Assembly: GCF_006345805.1 (NCBI RefSeq) | Contig: NC_043003.1 | Span: 70,308,001-70,372,000, forward strand | Origin: Octopus sinensis | Lineage: Eukaryota | Direction of reading: 5' to 3' | Length of the DNA stretch: 64,000 bases | In this document: piece by piece, positions 1 to 13,339 of the stretch | How the letters are laid out: every line of letters starts with the position of its first letter | How positions within the stretch are numbered: the first letter of the stretch is position 1 | Notes under the pieces: model-generated | The model's database searches: none | Told to the model about the DNA's origin: nothing | Seen by the model: only the letters and a program-made list of their open reading frames with translations | Translations under genes and position numbers: made by a program

Positions 1-546
1 ATATTAAAATTACTAAGTCTCTCTAAAAGAGAACAGCGGCAGCGTTCCCGGAAAATAATAGTTATCGCCATACTAATATGGCATTCTTATAAAAATAAGA
101 ATAAAGCTGTCCGCTTATTAGCTCCATGAGGCCATCGCCTTAAGTTAGCTATTTGATACACAAACTGTATCCATATAACCTTCGAACAAGGGAGGTCAGT
201 CGCTCCACACTACTTGACCGAAACTAGGTAAATAAAACCATCGAACAGAGATTGTCAGAAGCGACACCTACTGGCTGGCGACGCTGCATTGAAAAGGGGC
301 AATACCCCGAAACGCGTCTGTAGCTGCCGGTCAAGTAGTGTGGAGCGACTGACCTCCCTTGTTCGAAGGTATATGGATACAGTTTGTGTATCAAATAGCT
401 AACTTAAGGCGATGGCCTCATGGAGCTAATAAGCGGACAGCTTTATTCTTATTTTTATAAGAATGCCATATTAGTATGGCGATAACTATTATTTTCCGGG
501 AACGCTGCCGCTGTTCTCTTTTAGAGAGACTTAGTAATTTTAATAT
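1..546. repeat. Palindromic PLE-type terminus: arms 1-220 and 328-546 with HHR in the spacer
   Basis: Arms are reverse complements with one indel seen; followed by (TA)n; left arm runs off the window edge. Confidence 0.85.
283..324 (+). ncRNA. Minimal type I hammerhead ribozyme, U3-A8 core variant
   Basis: GCTGCA-TTGAAAA-GGGG(CAATA)CCCC-GAAAC(GC)GTC-TGTAGC: stem I 6 bp, stem II 4 bp, palindromic stem III, GUC site at 316-318. Confidence 0.8.
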
Positions 547-552
547 TTCTAT

Positions 553-583
<31 letters not shown>

Positions 584-1149
584 AGACAGAAAATGGAACA
601 AGAATATAACAGGCTACAACAAAACATCCAGACAGTTAGACGATACAAAAAAGGACAGGTCATTCGGAGCTTCCTATCCTCAGTCGAGTTCCAGATCGTC
701 TTTGCAGTTTCGGCTGCTTACACTCGAGCTAAGATCACGAGATTCCTTGAAAGAAAGCAAGTGAATGTATACGAAAACAAGGACGGAAAAAACGGAGAAA
801 TGGTACACAATTACAAATACAAATAACGGGATATTAACAACAGATGTCTTTCGACTAAGGACGAATTAAATTAAGCTGGCGTGTGTGGAAGTGAAGCCTT
901 ACGGTAGGAACATAAGAGGTGAAAGTCATCGGAAGGAAAATACGAGATGCTACACGGATGATAGTCGAACCAAGAAAGAAAGGTCAAGCTTGGCGAAACA
1001 CCGGTCACGTGGAAGGAGAGGAGAGTGGTGGGGTCAGAGGGATTGAAGAATTAGGGAGGGACGAGAAAAGAAAGGGTCAGAGTGAAGAAAGTGTGAAGGG
1101 GCCTAAAACAAAGAGTAAAAGAGTCGTACACACAAACACATACACGCAT

Positions 1150-1254
<105 letters not shown>

Positions 1255-2666
1255 TAATTAAGGGCTACTGGATGTGACCAGCGGCCTTCTTCTAGCGTAG
1301 GCCGCTGGTCACATCCCGTAGTAGTTAATTATAATTATGTTTTAAAAAGATTTAATTTTACCTATACGGTTACTTTTATGAGCTAGGCCACTGATATAAT
1401 CATTTTTTAAATTATATCCTTATTTTATAGATATATATATATATATATACCACGATCTTCCGCTTTCAAATTCAATCACAAGGCATTTGTCGGTCTGGAA
1501 TTATAGTAGAAAACATATTTCCAAGGTTCCACCAAATGAAACTGATCCTGAAACCATGTGGTTGCAAAGCGAACTTCTTAACCAGGAAACCATGTTTGCT
1601 CCTACATTCTTTTATTCCTTTGTTTCAGTCAATTAACTACGGCCATGCTGGAGCAGAACCTTTAGTCGCACAAATCGACGCGAGGACTTATTCTTTGTAA
1701 GTCTAGAACTTATTCAAGTAAAAATCGATTATTTTCGACTCTGGCAGATTTTAGTAGTTAAACAATGTAATCAAAAATAAATCCGTCTTCCTTTTATTAA
1801 TCTAAAACGTGAGACATTGGAATCAATTAAACAGTAATTATAAAGAATCCTAGAGCATATGATTAAGTTAATGTGAGAAATAGTGAAAATCTAGCCTGAG
1901 ATGTGTTGGCTCATCACTCCTGTTTTGAAAGCTAGTTTCCAAATCATCGTATAATATAATTTAGATAATAAGAAAACTAACGTGAAATGATGAATGTCTT
2001 GCTTGATTTGACAGAAACCAACAGTACATATTCCCTCGTAATAACTACTATAGACAACAATGACGTTTTGTTAAGAGGTCATCGTCGAGATTTATATCCA
2101 ATAAATGTCTATATTATATCATAGCATAATCAGTCTCTCAATAAGTGAATGGAAAGTTTGAGTCATCCAACCAGCAGCAGACACATTCATCAACAATATT
2201 GCTCAGCAGACTAATTCTCTGCTGCTGATTTGTTTATTTTGTATTACTATTTGTAAATAATAGTGTCGTTGGTTACAAGTTTCCTATGGACCAATTGCTG
2301 GTTTGTTGCATTGATGATAGCGAGAGGGACAAGGGAGTGACGGAACAAGCACCAGGAATGCATTTTCGTTCGAAAGTACCCCTTTATCGGTTTTCCACTT
2401 ACATTTTTCGCCGATATATATCAATGACGCATAACGGCCCTATACCTACGCACACTCATTCACACACACACATACACACACATACACACACACGCACACA
2501 TAAACACATAGACGGCAGATACTTATGTGTCTGTGTTTGTGTAACCACCATCGGTTGACCACCGATGTTGATGTTTTTACGTCCCCGTTAATTAGCAGTT
2601 CGGCAAGAGACAGATAGAATAAGTATTGTATACTATGCAACGTCTGTAATAATAATGATAATAATG

Positions 2667-2714
<48 letters not shown>

Positions 2715-2959
2715 GTAATATGCACCAGTGTTTGGAATGTGCTTTAACCACTGTTGGTAATATGGAGTGACGTACTTTTGCATAATTTCTCAAATGATAA
2801 TCTTAATTGTTTTTATGTTCCTTGGTGATTTATGCAAAATCAAAAATTAATTTATACAATTATGAAAAATAAAAATAAAAATTAAACAAATTTCACATTT
2901 GTATATTGGCAATAAATTTATGTTACTAATTAAAATGAATATTAATTTTGATAATGAAG

Positions 2960-3887
2960 AGTTGTCCATCATAGGAACCAACTCCCCAAACTCCTCGGTG
3001 ACGGTCAAAGTCTCTTCTATACCACGAATGAATATGGCTAGTTGCGCAGCATCCGTAATGTCCGTGCTCTCATCAATTGCAACCAAAAATGCAATAAATG
3101 ACTTGATACTGTATTTCAGTTGCCTGTCCAAATCAGCAGAAAAATCTGAAATCCTGTCTGCCACAGTGTTTCTCGTCTGACTAATGTTGGCAAAAGTCTG
3201 TCACTTTTCAGGGTATACAATTTCTGCAGCCTTCAGTATGCATGTGTTCGCGAACTCACCCCTACAGTACGGATTTGATTCTAATGCTATTTCACTAGCA
3301 ACAAAGTAGCTCGCTTTTACTGCTGCCTGACTGTTATCTCGGCTTTGGGTTAAAGCCGATTGTTGTTTCTTCAGATCCGCTAACAATTTATTGACCTTCT
3401 CTCTTCCCATTTGTACTTGTAAGTTATTGTATTTGTCGGCATGATAAGTCACATCCTGCCGTCGAATGCTATATTCTCTGAGCACTGAAACCTGCTGCGA
3501 ACACATCAAGCACACAGGTTTCCTCTTCACCACCGCGAATAAATAGGAAATAATCTACACTCTGTATCCGCATTTTTGACAAGGTAAAGCAGAGCGAAAT
3601 GTTGACCTAAAAAAGAAAACATGTTGTTAGTCATAAAATTAATTTCAAAAACAAACATTTATTACAATACAATATTCTAACAAACCTTTAAATAATTTAC
3701 GGGAGTTTTTCTATTAAAAATTGAATCATTGACACTATCATCAGTCATACTCAAACAATCAACATTCACAATAATAAGTAAGTAAATATATAATATAATT
3801 TTTACACCTTTCAAGGTCACCTCGAGGGTTAGATGAAACCCTGCAGCGACCCGATTCCGGTCTGCAGGCCGTATGTTTGACACCTTG
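2960..3887 (-). mobile_element. hAT (SPIN/OC1/Buster-like) transposon, 5' portion, degenerate
   Basis: KPVCLMC..VSVLREYSIRR, AAVKASY..A..IA, AIDESTDITDAAQLAIFIRG; terminus CAAGGTGTCAAACATACGGCC on the minus strand at about 3867-3887. Confidence 0.85.
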
Positions 3888-4060
3888 ATTAATCGACTAT
3901 ATCGTAATTATGTAATTATTACGTAATTCCGAACTTCCAGAAACAGCTGTGGAGTTAAAAACTATATATTCTCTCTTTCGTACTCTGCACTTTTATGCCC
4001 TATATAAATTTATCTGTGTGTGTATATGTATGTATGTATATATATATATATATATATAAT

Positions 4061-4123
<63 letters not shown>

Positions 4124-4124
4124 G

Positions 4125-4541
4125 TAAATCCAAAAAAAGAAGAATTGGCTTCGACTAAGGCTCTTAGTTGATCGTTGTCAACATCCGATGGCCGACCACT
4201 ACGCTTATCATCTTCAAGACTCTCGTCACCGCTACGAAATTTCTTAAACCACCATTGTGCTGTACGTGGATATCGCGAGCTGTTTCAGCAGCTTTTCGGC
4301 CTTGCTAGAACCGGAATAAGAAAACTGTGCGATTTTTTTTTTTGTCCATGCTGTATTCAACATTCCAGAAAAAATGGCCTAAATTATTCAATAAGAAAAA
4401 GAATAACACGATTAAATAGAGCGAAAAACGGGCTTTAAAATGATATATAAAGTCAAGGTAATTTAACGAAAATTAATCTGAAAATACATCATTTAAAACC
4501 AAAATTAAAAATTCCGCACGAACTTTCTTGACAACCTCATT
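4125..4541 (-). mobile_element. Mariner 5' fragment (Hsmar1/SETMAR-like HTH)
   Basis: Minus strand encodes GRKAAETARDI / RTAQWWFKKFRSGDESLEDDKRSGRPSDVDNDQLRALVEAN; TIR-like GAGGTTGTCAAGAAAGTTCGTGCG near 4540. Confidence 0.8.
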
Positions 4542-4544
4542 AAT

Positions 4545-5200
4545 AGTCGCGTTTATGGTGGGAGTGTTAGTAGTAGTATTATTTTCAGTAATAGTAATAT
4601 TGCTGTTGGTGCTACTATTATTATCATTGCTACTCCTATTAGTAGTTGTAGTATAGGTATTAGTTGTAGTGGTTATAGTATAGTTATTACTGTTAGTATC
4701 AGTATGCCTATTTGTATTTGCGTCCGTTTCAACTGTGCGCCCGTTACCCTCCGAGGTGGGGATTATATAATGTACGTTTAAATTATTTAAAGTGATAAAG
4801 CTAGGGGTATTGGAGATTTTATTGCGAGCGGTGTTAGTGGCTTCGTTGTGTAGGTCTATCGTAGGGTTGAAGGCATTTAGATAGTAAGAGCTAAGTTTAC
4901 GTTTGTTAGATGAGGTGATAATAGATTCTATATTTAGTGTAGAGGAATAGGATAAGTTCAAAATGGATCTGTTAAAGATAAAATGATATTTGTGGTTACG
5001 TGGGAAATTAGAGTCTATTTTAAAGAATGCTTTACAGAGGGCCTTAAAGTTTAAAGCGAATGGAGGTGGATACCAGAGAACAGATCTCTCCCCTCCCCTG
5101 CTTTTATTAGGTAAATTTGGGGAGGTGTGATTCCTAGCGTATGTTAGAGGAGGGTTGAACGGTTTGATATTAGTACTCTTAGATCGAGTGTTATGCGTGT
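4545..5200 (-). pseudogene. Fragment of a second, diverged PLE ORF (post-thumb domain + Thr/Asn-rich linker)
   Basis: SVLWYPPPF...SNFPRNHKYHFIFNRSILNLSYSSTLNIESIITSSNKRKL aligns with YIWFVIPF...SNFPRNSRYYTTVNSHKVRIAFSNTKNLSQIISSHNNKLL of the 902-aa ORF. The 4473-5264 ORF call runs into mariner and SINE sequence at its ends. Confidence 0.75.
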
Positions 5201-6339
5201 GGGTGCTGGGTGGGCATATATATGTATGTATTTGTGTCTGTGCTTGTACCCCACCCCCCAACATCGCTTGATACTGATGTTGGTGTATTTATGTCACCGT
5301 AACTTAGCGGTTCGGTAAAAGAAACCGATAGAATAAGTACCAGACTTACTAAGAATAAGTCCTGGAGTTGATTCGTTCGACTGGAGGCTGTACTCCAGCA
5401 TGGCCGCAGTCAAATAACTGAAGCAAGTAAAAGATTAGAAGAATGTATGTTTATATTCTGGATACGTTTAGTTATATGTATCTATGCCTCTATCTTGACT
5501 GCTACTTTTACGATGGAAGGCAAAGTCAACTTCAGCAGCATTTGAATTCAAAGCGTAAAGAGCCGGAAGAAATACAGTTAAACATTTTATCCGACCCACT
5601 AGCTATTCTACCAGCTCGTCGCCTTACTTACTGACATCATAATCTTTTCTTCTATACATACAAAACCTGAAATTTTGTGGGAGAGGAATAATCGATTACA
5701 TTGATCCCAGTGTGTAACTGGTACGTATTTCATTGACCCCGAAAGGATAAAAGAGTAAGTCAACCTCGGCGGAATTTGAACTCAGAACGTATAGACGGAC
5801 AAAATACTGCTAAAAATTTTGTCTGGCTGCCAACGATACTGCCAGCTGGTCACTCTAGGTCCTAACATCATAATACAACCCATTTACACCGGCAAAATAT
5901 GAGATGCCAATCCAGGTGAATTTTGTTAAAAATTCGACACGAAGAATTAGAGTCATCAGTGATTGAATCATTACTTTTGTATTCTTTTGTTACACCGAGT
6001 ACGTCGTTGCCATCTTTCGGCGAATGCTTAACTTTTGAATGAGTATTATCTTCGTAGATAACTCCTTAATTTGTTCAACATTGCTTATGATCTTATCTCC
6101 TAATTATGAACATTGCGATTATTACGCAATTCCGAGCTTCTAGAAACAGCAGTGGAGTTTTAAAAACTAATTATTCTCTGTTTCCTACTCTGCATTTTTT
6201 ATGCCCTATGGAAATTTAGCTCTTTCTCTCTCTCTCTCTCTGATATATATATATATATATATATATTATTATATATATATATATATACGCTTGTACATAT
6301 GTCTATCTTCTGAATATATTTAGTTATACGCATATATAT

Positions 6340-6392
<53 letters not shown>

Positions 6393-6446
6393 ATATATAG
6401 GTATATATATAGTATATATATATATGTATATATATATGTGTATATA

Positions 6447-6485
<39 letters not shown>

Positions 6486-6571
6486 TATATATATGTATAT
6501 ATATATGTATATATATATTATATATAGTATATATATTATATATAATATATATATATTATATATATATATAT

Positions 6572-6660
<89 letters not shown>

Positions 6661-7661
6661 GCATATATACGTACGTATACATACATGTATATGTATATAC
6701 GTATGCATATGTGGGCACAGGACTTCGCAAAACAAACAACAAATAATACGAAGTACGAGGACATGGAATGAGAATTTTTTTTTTTTTTGCAAGCAACGAA
6801 AGAAAACAAGAATGGAAAACAAGACAAGCAACACAAAGAACGACCCTTCATCAGTATCTGCTGTTTTTTCTAATACGTATTTCGAGCAATTCATGACAAG
6901 ATACGCCTTCGATAAAACAGTTGCTCTCGCAAAGCAAATTAAATAGAATTTGCGATCTTGCAATGTGTACCATGTGTACTTATATGTATATATGTATATT
7001 TATATAACTATCAAACCCAATCGTGTTTATCTGTATCCCTATTACCACCATTATCAGCTCACCTGGATTTCTCCCTTATAGTCACACTTTATCCCGTGGC
7101 CTCCTCTCGATAAAGACTTCAGAGTTTAAGTTCAAGTCGTCTGAGCACTCCGACGTGTTTTCTATACTAAGCTTCTCTAGCTCTCACCTTTTTACTCTGT
7201 GTGTGTGTGTGTGTGTGGTGTGTGTGTGTGTGTGTGTGTGTGTATTTGTTTGTGTGTGTGCTAAGCAATATAATTTAAATGATTACAAAAAAAAGCAAAA
7301 GGAAATCAATCAAACAAGCCAAATTCGATAACCACACGCAAAAATTTAACCTGAACTGAATATCTCTTTCGTATTCTACTTTAAAAATTTTGCAAGGAAA
7401 TTTTTATTCATAATATTAGAATGAATTAAATATTTCTAAAGTAACATTTCAATATATTTATGGGCGCAATTTGGTTTTAATATTTAATGTTTCAAGTCTA
7501 CATCACTGAAACACACACTGTCAAATGTGTTATAAAGCATTAAGTTATAGCACATTTTATTTCGTTTTGTACTTGGTTTGCAAGATTCTTTATGTGAATT
7601 CGTGGGTTGAAGCATATCTTATTGTGTCTGGGGAGAGTCATTCTCTTCTAGTGTCTTATTC

Positions 7662-8058
7662 TTTTCTACTCTAGGCACAATGCCCGAATTTTTGGGGGAG
7701 GGGGCCAGATGATTAGATTAACCCCACTACGCAACTGGTTCTTAATTTATCGACTACGAAAGGATGAAAAGCAAAGTCGACCTCGGCGGAATTTGAACTC
7801 AGAACGTAGCATCAGACGAAATACCAATTTCTTTACTACCCACAAGGGGCTAAACACAGAGAAGACAAACAAGGACAGACAAACGGATTAAGTCGATTAT
7901 ATCGACCCCAGTGCGTAACTGGTACTTAATTTATCGACCCCGAAAGGATGAAAGACAAAGTCGACCTCGGCGGAATTTGAACTCAGAGCGTAACGGCAGA
8001 CGAAATACCGCTAAGCATTACGACTGGTGTGCTAATATTTCTGCCAGCTCGTCGCCTT
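7662..8058 (-). mobile_element. tRNA-derived SINE family B (GGCGGYGAGCTGGCAGAA head), tandem dimer
   Basis: B box GAGTTCAAATTCC; central CTTTCATCCTTTCGGGGTCGATAAATTAAGTACCAG. Other copies near 5505, 5645, 17550, 20337, 26408, 26715, 28365, 29770, 39925, 40125, 42895, 45075. Confidence 0.8.
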
Positions 8059-9829
8059 CTTCTAGTGCCTTATTGATTTAACACACTCACCGGTATGATT
8101 TCACTCACTAACTTATTTATTTTTACTAAAACGTTCGTTGTAATTAAGTTAATGAGTGGGCATCAGACCAGTGAGTTAAATTAATAAGGCACTAAAAGAG
8201 AATGACTCTTCTCAGGCGCAATATAATTATTGCACATTGATTTTCTACATATTCTGCAATGCTTCAAACAAGCTAGAATGTTCATGAGTGGTAAGAAGCT
8301 TGCCTCCCATCCACATGGTTCCGGGTTCAGTCTCATTGCGTGGCACCTTGGGCATGTGTCTTCTAGTATAGCCTCGGGAACACCAAAGCGTTGTGAGTGC
8401 ATTTGGTAGACAGAAACTGAAAGAAGGCCGTCCTATGTAAATATATATATATATATATACTAACTTAAGGTGATCCGCTAGTGTGGTTGTTACTTTCTGG
8501 TTCTTCCTTTGTGTTTCTTATCGCCACATTCTTCCTCTTTGTTTCTCTCTCCTTTCTCTCTCACTTCCCCACTCTCTTACTCTTCCTTTCTCTCGGACTC
8601 TCCCTCGCTTTCTCTTACTCTCTATCTTTCTCTATCTATCTCTCTCCCATTTATAAAAAACAAAAGATCTTGAGTAAGTTGAGAAAGGAAATATTTTGAA
8701 AGATCAATTATAAATATCAGGCAGTGACAACGTAAAGTACACTTGCCTTTTGTACGTGCCACTATTTGAGCGATTAAAAATAAGGGGAAAAAAGGATTTC
8801 TTTGTTAAATTTAGTACTTATTTGGGGAATTATTCGACGATTGACCATGCAAATGAAAGCTCTAAACACAGGCTACATGCAGCTGTAAATTTCTTTCAGA
8901 AAAAAGGAAAACTGTAAACAATAAAAAATAAAAGGCAAAAATACGTAAAAATGAGAAAATTTTTCAACTTCAAAAATCTTGCCTTGATTTTCAAAATTTC
9001 GAACCCATTTTCCGCGCTTAAATTACAAATCCGCTTCCACTTTACCATGTTGAAAATTTGAATGAAATCGGGCAAAAAGTGTCCAATCTAGACCCCCAAG
9101 GGTCCCCAAAAATCAATAAAATCCCTGTTTTCACAGCAAAGCAACCACTATAGCGCCCCAAAACCTCTCCCAGTCAATTTCTCACCTCAAGTTACCCCCT
9201 CCTGTAAATTTTAATCCCCTTCCAGCCACATTTAGAGTCCTTTTTACATAAAATTCCAATTTGTATCAACGTTCGCCTTCATTTTATAGATTAGATTAAA
9301 CATAACCGCCTCTAGCCCCCGCAGCAACACGAAAAGCCACCATTATTCAAACAGCGAACCTGTCTATCCCATAAAACTCAATTTTTCCCATATTTCTCAC
9401 CATGGCAACCAAATGGTAGGCCCGAGCGACTTGCAACCCTCCTCACACCATTGCTCACCCCATTTTACCTCCAGTATAAATTTTGGTACCAAACCGACCC
9501 CATCTAAACTGTTCTATCCCGAAATGAGACAATCAACCAAGAAATCAAACAACTTTTTCGCATTTCAGCTTTATAGATATTGATATGTATATGTGCGTGT
9601 GTGTGTGTGTGTGTCTTTGTGTCTGTGTTTGTCCACCACCCATCATCGCTTGACAACTGATGTTGGTGTGTTTACGTCCCCATAACTTAGCGGTCCGGCG
9701 AAAGAGACCGATAGAATAAGTAACACGCTTACAAAGAATAAGTTCTGGGGTTCTGCAGCATGGCCACAGTCAAATGACTGAAACAAGTAAAAGAATAAAA
9801 GAATATATGTATGTATCTATACTATATAA

Positions 9830-9833
9830 ATAA

Positions 9834-9885
<52 letters not shown>

Positions 9886-10183
9886 ACACGTGTGTGCGTA
9901 TGTATGCTTGCGTGTTTGCGTGTATATATATATATATATACAAATATGTACGTATATGTACAAATATACAAATGTACATGCATATACATGCATATATATC
10001 TGTGTATGTGTATGTGTGTGTATGTGTGTGTGTGTGTATGCTAAAGTGAGATGAAAAATGTTGATTAATTTAGATAAATCAAAATTACTATCACCTGTTT
10101 GTTGATTTTAAAAGAACATTTCTAGAAGTGCAATAATTGCAATAAGATCAGTTTACAACATATATATATACAGATAGATAGAT

Positions 10184-10276
<93 letters not shown>

Positions 10277-10726
10277 GATAGATAGATAGATAGATAGATA
10301 GATATAGATATAGATATAGATATATACATACATCAAAAATTTAACCAAAAACAAATGAATGCTAAATAAAGATAACTAAATAGAAATGATAATATATATA
10401 TTATATATATATATATACATATATATACACGTGTGTGCGTATGTATGCTTGCGTGTTTGCGTGTATATATATATATATATATACAAATATGTACGTATAT
10501 GTACAAATATACAAATGTACATGCATATACATGCATATATATCTGTGTATGTGTATGTGTGTGTATGTGTGTGTGTGTGTATGCTAAAGTGAGATGAAAA
10601 ATGTTGATTAATTTAGATAAATCAAAATTACTATCACCTGTTTGTTGATTTTAAAAGAACATTTCTAGAAGTGCAATAATTGCAATAAGATCAGTTTACA
10701 ACATATATATATACAGATAGATAGAT

Positions 10727-10819
<93 letters not shown>

Positions 10820-10924
10820 GATAGATAGATAGATAGATATAGATATATACATACATCAAAAATTTAACCAAAAACAAATGAATGCTAAATAAAGATAACT
10901 AAATAGAAATGATAATATATATAT

Positions 10925-10955
<31 letters not shown>

Positions 10956-11255
10956 ACACGTGTGTGCGTATGTATGCTTGCGTGTTTGCGTGTATATATA
11001 TATATATATATACAAATATGTACGTATATGTACAAATATACAAATGTACATGCATATACATGCATATATATCTGTGTATGTGTATGTGTGTGTATGTGTG
11101 TGTGTGTGTATGCTAAAGTGAGATGAAAAATGTTGATTAATTTAGATAAATCAAAATTACTATCACCTGTTTGTTGATTTTAAAAGAACATTTCTAGAAG
11201 TGCAATAATTGCAATAAGATCAGTTTACAACATATATATATACAGATAGATAGAT

Positions 11256-11354
<99 letters not shown>

Positions 11355-11435
11355 TAGATATAGATATAGATATATACATACATCAAAAATTTAACCAAAA
11401 ACAAATGAATGCTAAATAAAGATAACTAAATAGAA
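9830..11435. repeat. Tandem triplication, unit ~525-545 bp, containing (TA)n, (TG)n and (GATA)n
   Basis: Anchor GCTAAAGTGAGATG at 10040, 10583 and 11112. Confidence 0.9.
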
Positions 11436-12031
11436 ATGATAATATATATATTAATATTGATATAGAATAAAAAAACAATATGGTTACGAAGTGATGTCTA
11501 GATGTCGGCATCTTGAATGGAAGACGGTACTGACTGCAGTACTCAATGGCGTTCGGATGAGTATTGCGATCGGTTAACTCCAAAAAGCATCCATACAAGG
11601 GGCATTACCAGTCGCTTTTGTTACTCTTCCAGAACCTCGGGGGCGAATTTCGCCGACACTCTTCGCATACACAAATCCTTCATCAAAATGGAATGCACTG
11701 AGTCTGTGCGTCATGAGCAATTTCCTCGATTGTTACATGGCGGTCTTCTATTCGCCGCACCTTCTCAATCGGCTACTCGTCTCGGCCTGTGGATGGCTCG
11801 CATGAGCGTTCCTTGCTCTTCAGTGACGTGCAGCCATGTTTGAAGGCAGTTGTACCATTCCTTGAACTAAGTTTTGACCATGGGATCATCGTCAAAGGCC
11901 TTTTGAATCTTCTGGATGGTTTGAGCTTGAGTATTGCCAAGCTTTGGGCAAAATTTGATACAATAACTGCTCGATGCGTTCAGAAAACGAAATAACTGCT
12001 CGATGCGTTCAGAAAACAAAAATCCAGCGAG

Positions 12032-12195
12032 GCGATTTGACGTCTATCTTTAGCATGTAGGAATCCACTTTAGTAGTCATTCTTCTTATTAATTGTAATA
12101 TAATTTTTAAATCTCCGGATTTTTTTAATATGCTAGACCCCTGGTTTAAATTGATGTTAATTAATTGATATCAATTTCTACCCTCATTATTTAAT
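12032..12195. repeat. Fragment related to the 55.1-56.0 kb element family
   Basis: GCGATTTGACGTCTAT...TAATATGCTAGACC.CTGGTTT.AATTG...TATCAATTT aligns by eye to about 55878-56030. Confidence 0.6.
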
Positions 12196-12369
12196 TTTTG
12201 TGTGTGTGTGTGTGTGAGAGTGTGTAGGTATGTATATGTATGTATGTGTGCATGTATATATAAAAACCTGAATAAAAGTGAAATTCACGAGAGTAGACTA
12301 TGCCTTTGTAACGTTGAGCTGCCACACTGACCAGGAGAGCTTCTCACCCTCTCTAACATCAAAATTACA

Positions 12370-13040
12370 TGACATGAGTTCAAAAAGTATCCGACTTTAT
12401 TTTTTCCCAACAAAACTAATGCTGCGTGGGCAAAATCCTTTGGGTGAGATGTGACGCGATCTTTCCTGCGCATGTGTGAATATTTTCACACCGATAGGCC
12501 GCGTCAGTTCTTGGCTGTTTCTGGAATGCAAACGGGCAGTGCGTGCTCGCTGGATTTTCGTTTTCCGAACGCATCGAGCAGTTATTGTATCAAGTTTTGC
12601 CCAAAGCTTGGCAATACTCAAGCTCAAGCCATCCAGAAGATTCAAAAGGCCTTTGACGATGGTCCCATGGTCAAAACTTAGTTCAAGGAATGGTACAACT
12701 GCCTTCAAACATGGCTGCACGTCACTGAAGAGCAAGGAACGCTCATGCGAGCCATCCACAGGCCTAGACGAGGAGCCGATTGAGAAGGTGCAGTGAATAG
12801 AAGACCGCCGTGTAACAATCGAGGAAATTGCTCATGACGCACAGACTCAGTGCATTCCATTTTGATGAAGGATTTGTGTATGCGAAGAGTGTCGGCGAAA
12901 TTCGCCCCCGAGGTTCTGGAAGAGTAACAAAAGCGACTGGTAATGCCCCTTGTATGGATGCTTTTTGGAGTTAACCGATCGCAATACTCACCCGAACGCC
13001 ATTGAGTACTGCAGTCAGTACCGTCTTCCATTCAAGATGC
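12370..13040 (+). mobile_element. Mariner relic, 5' half
   Basis: TIR-like GTTCAAAAAGTATCCGACT; frameshifted CIKFCPKLGNTQAQAIQKIQKAF, EDRRVTIEEIA and RVSAKF-type motifs; duplicated in inverted form at about 11500-12031. Confidence 0.75.
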
Positions 13041-13339
13041 CGACATCTAGACATCACTTCGTAACCATATTGTTTTTTATTCTATATCAATATTAATATA
13101 TATATTATCATTTCTATTTAGTTATCTTTATTTAGCATTCATTTGTTTTTGATTAAATTTTTGATGTCTCACTAGATTCTCAATATACATTCCCACACCC
13201 TTTACGACATTGGCCCATTTTTATAGTGAGTGCGTGGAGCCTTGTAAAAATAATCTCAAATATAATTGTTACCGTTGTGATTATCAGTATTCTTTTTATG
13301 AAAACGCTTATTTTGTTGGGCATGATGGAAAATGTCAAC

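Larger units (their letters stand above)
11380..13167. repeat. Inverted duplication: arms 11380-12031 and 12546-13167
   Basis: Arms nearly identical (the 108-aa ORFs 11517+ and 12705- differ at 3 residues); arms include mariner plus flanking non-mariner DNA. Confidence 0.9.

Noticed and set aside
640-720. CTGAGGA on the minus strand in the 580-1140 block
   Set aside because: Followed by GAAT rather than GAAA, and stems I/III cannot be formed. The block may be a PLE or LINE end, but I cannot support it.
6536-6963. Many ORFs rich in YI, CV, HT, YLSI, MDGW or poly-N/I/Y (also 9.8-11.4, 14-15.7, 31.5-31.9, 58.3-58.6 and 62.2-62.7 kb)
   Set aside because: They are translations of stop-free microsatellites, not genes.
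8790-9590. Possible non-autonomous DNA or Helentron-like element
   Set aside because: The composition suggests a repeat, but I could not define termini, a TSD or a second copy.
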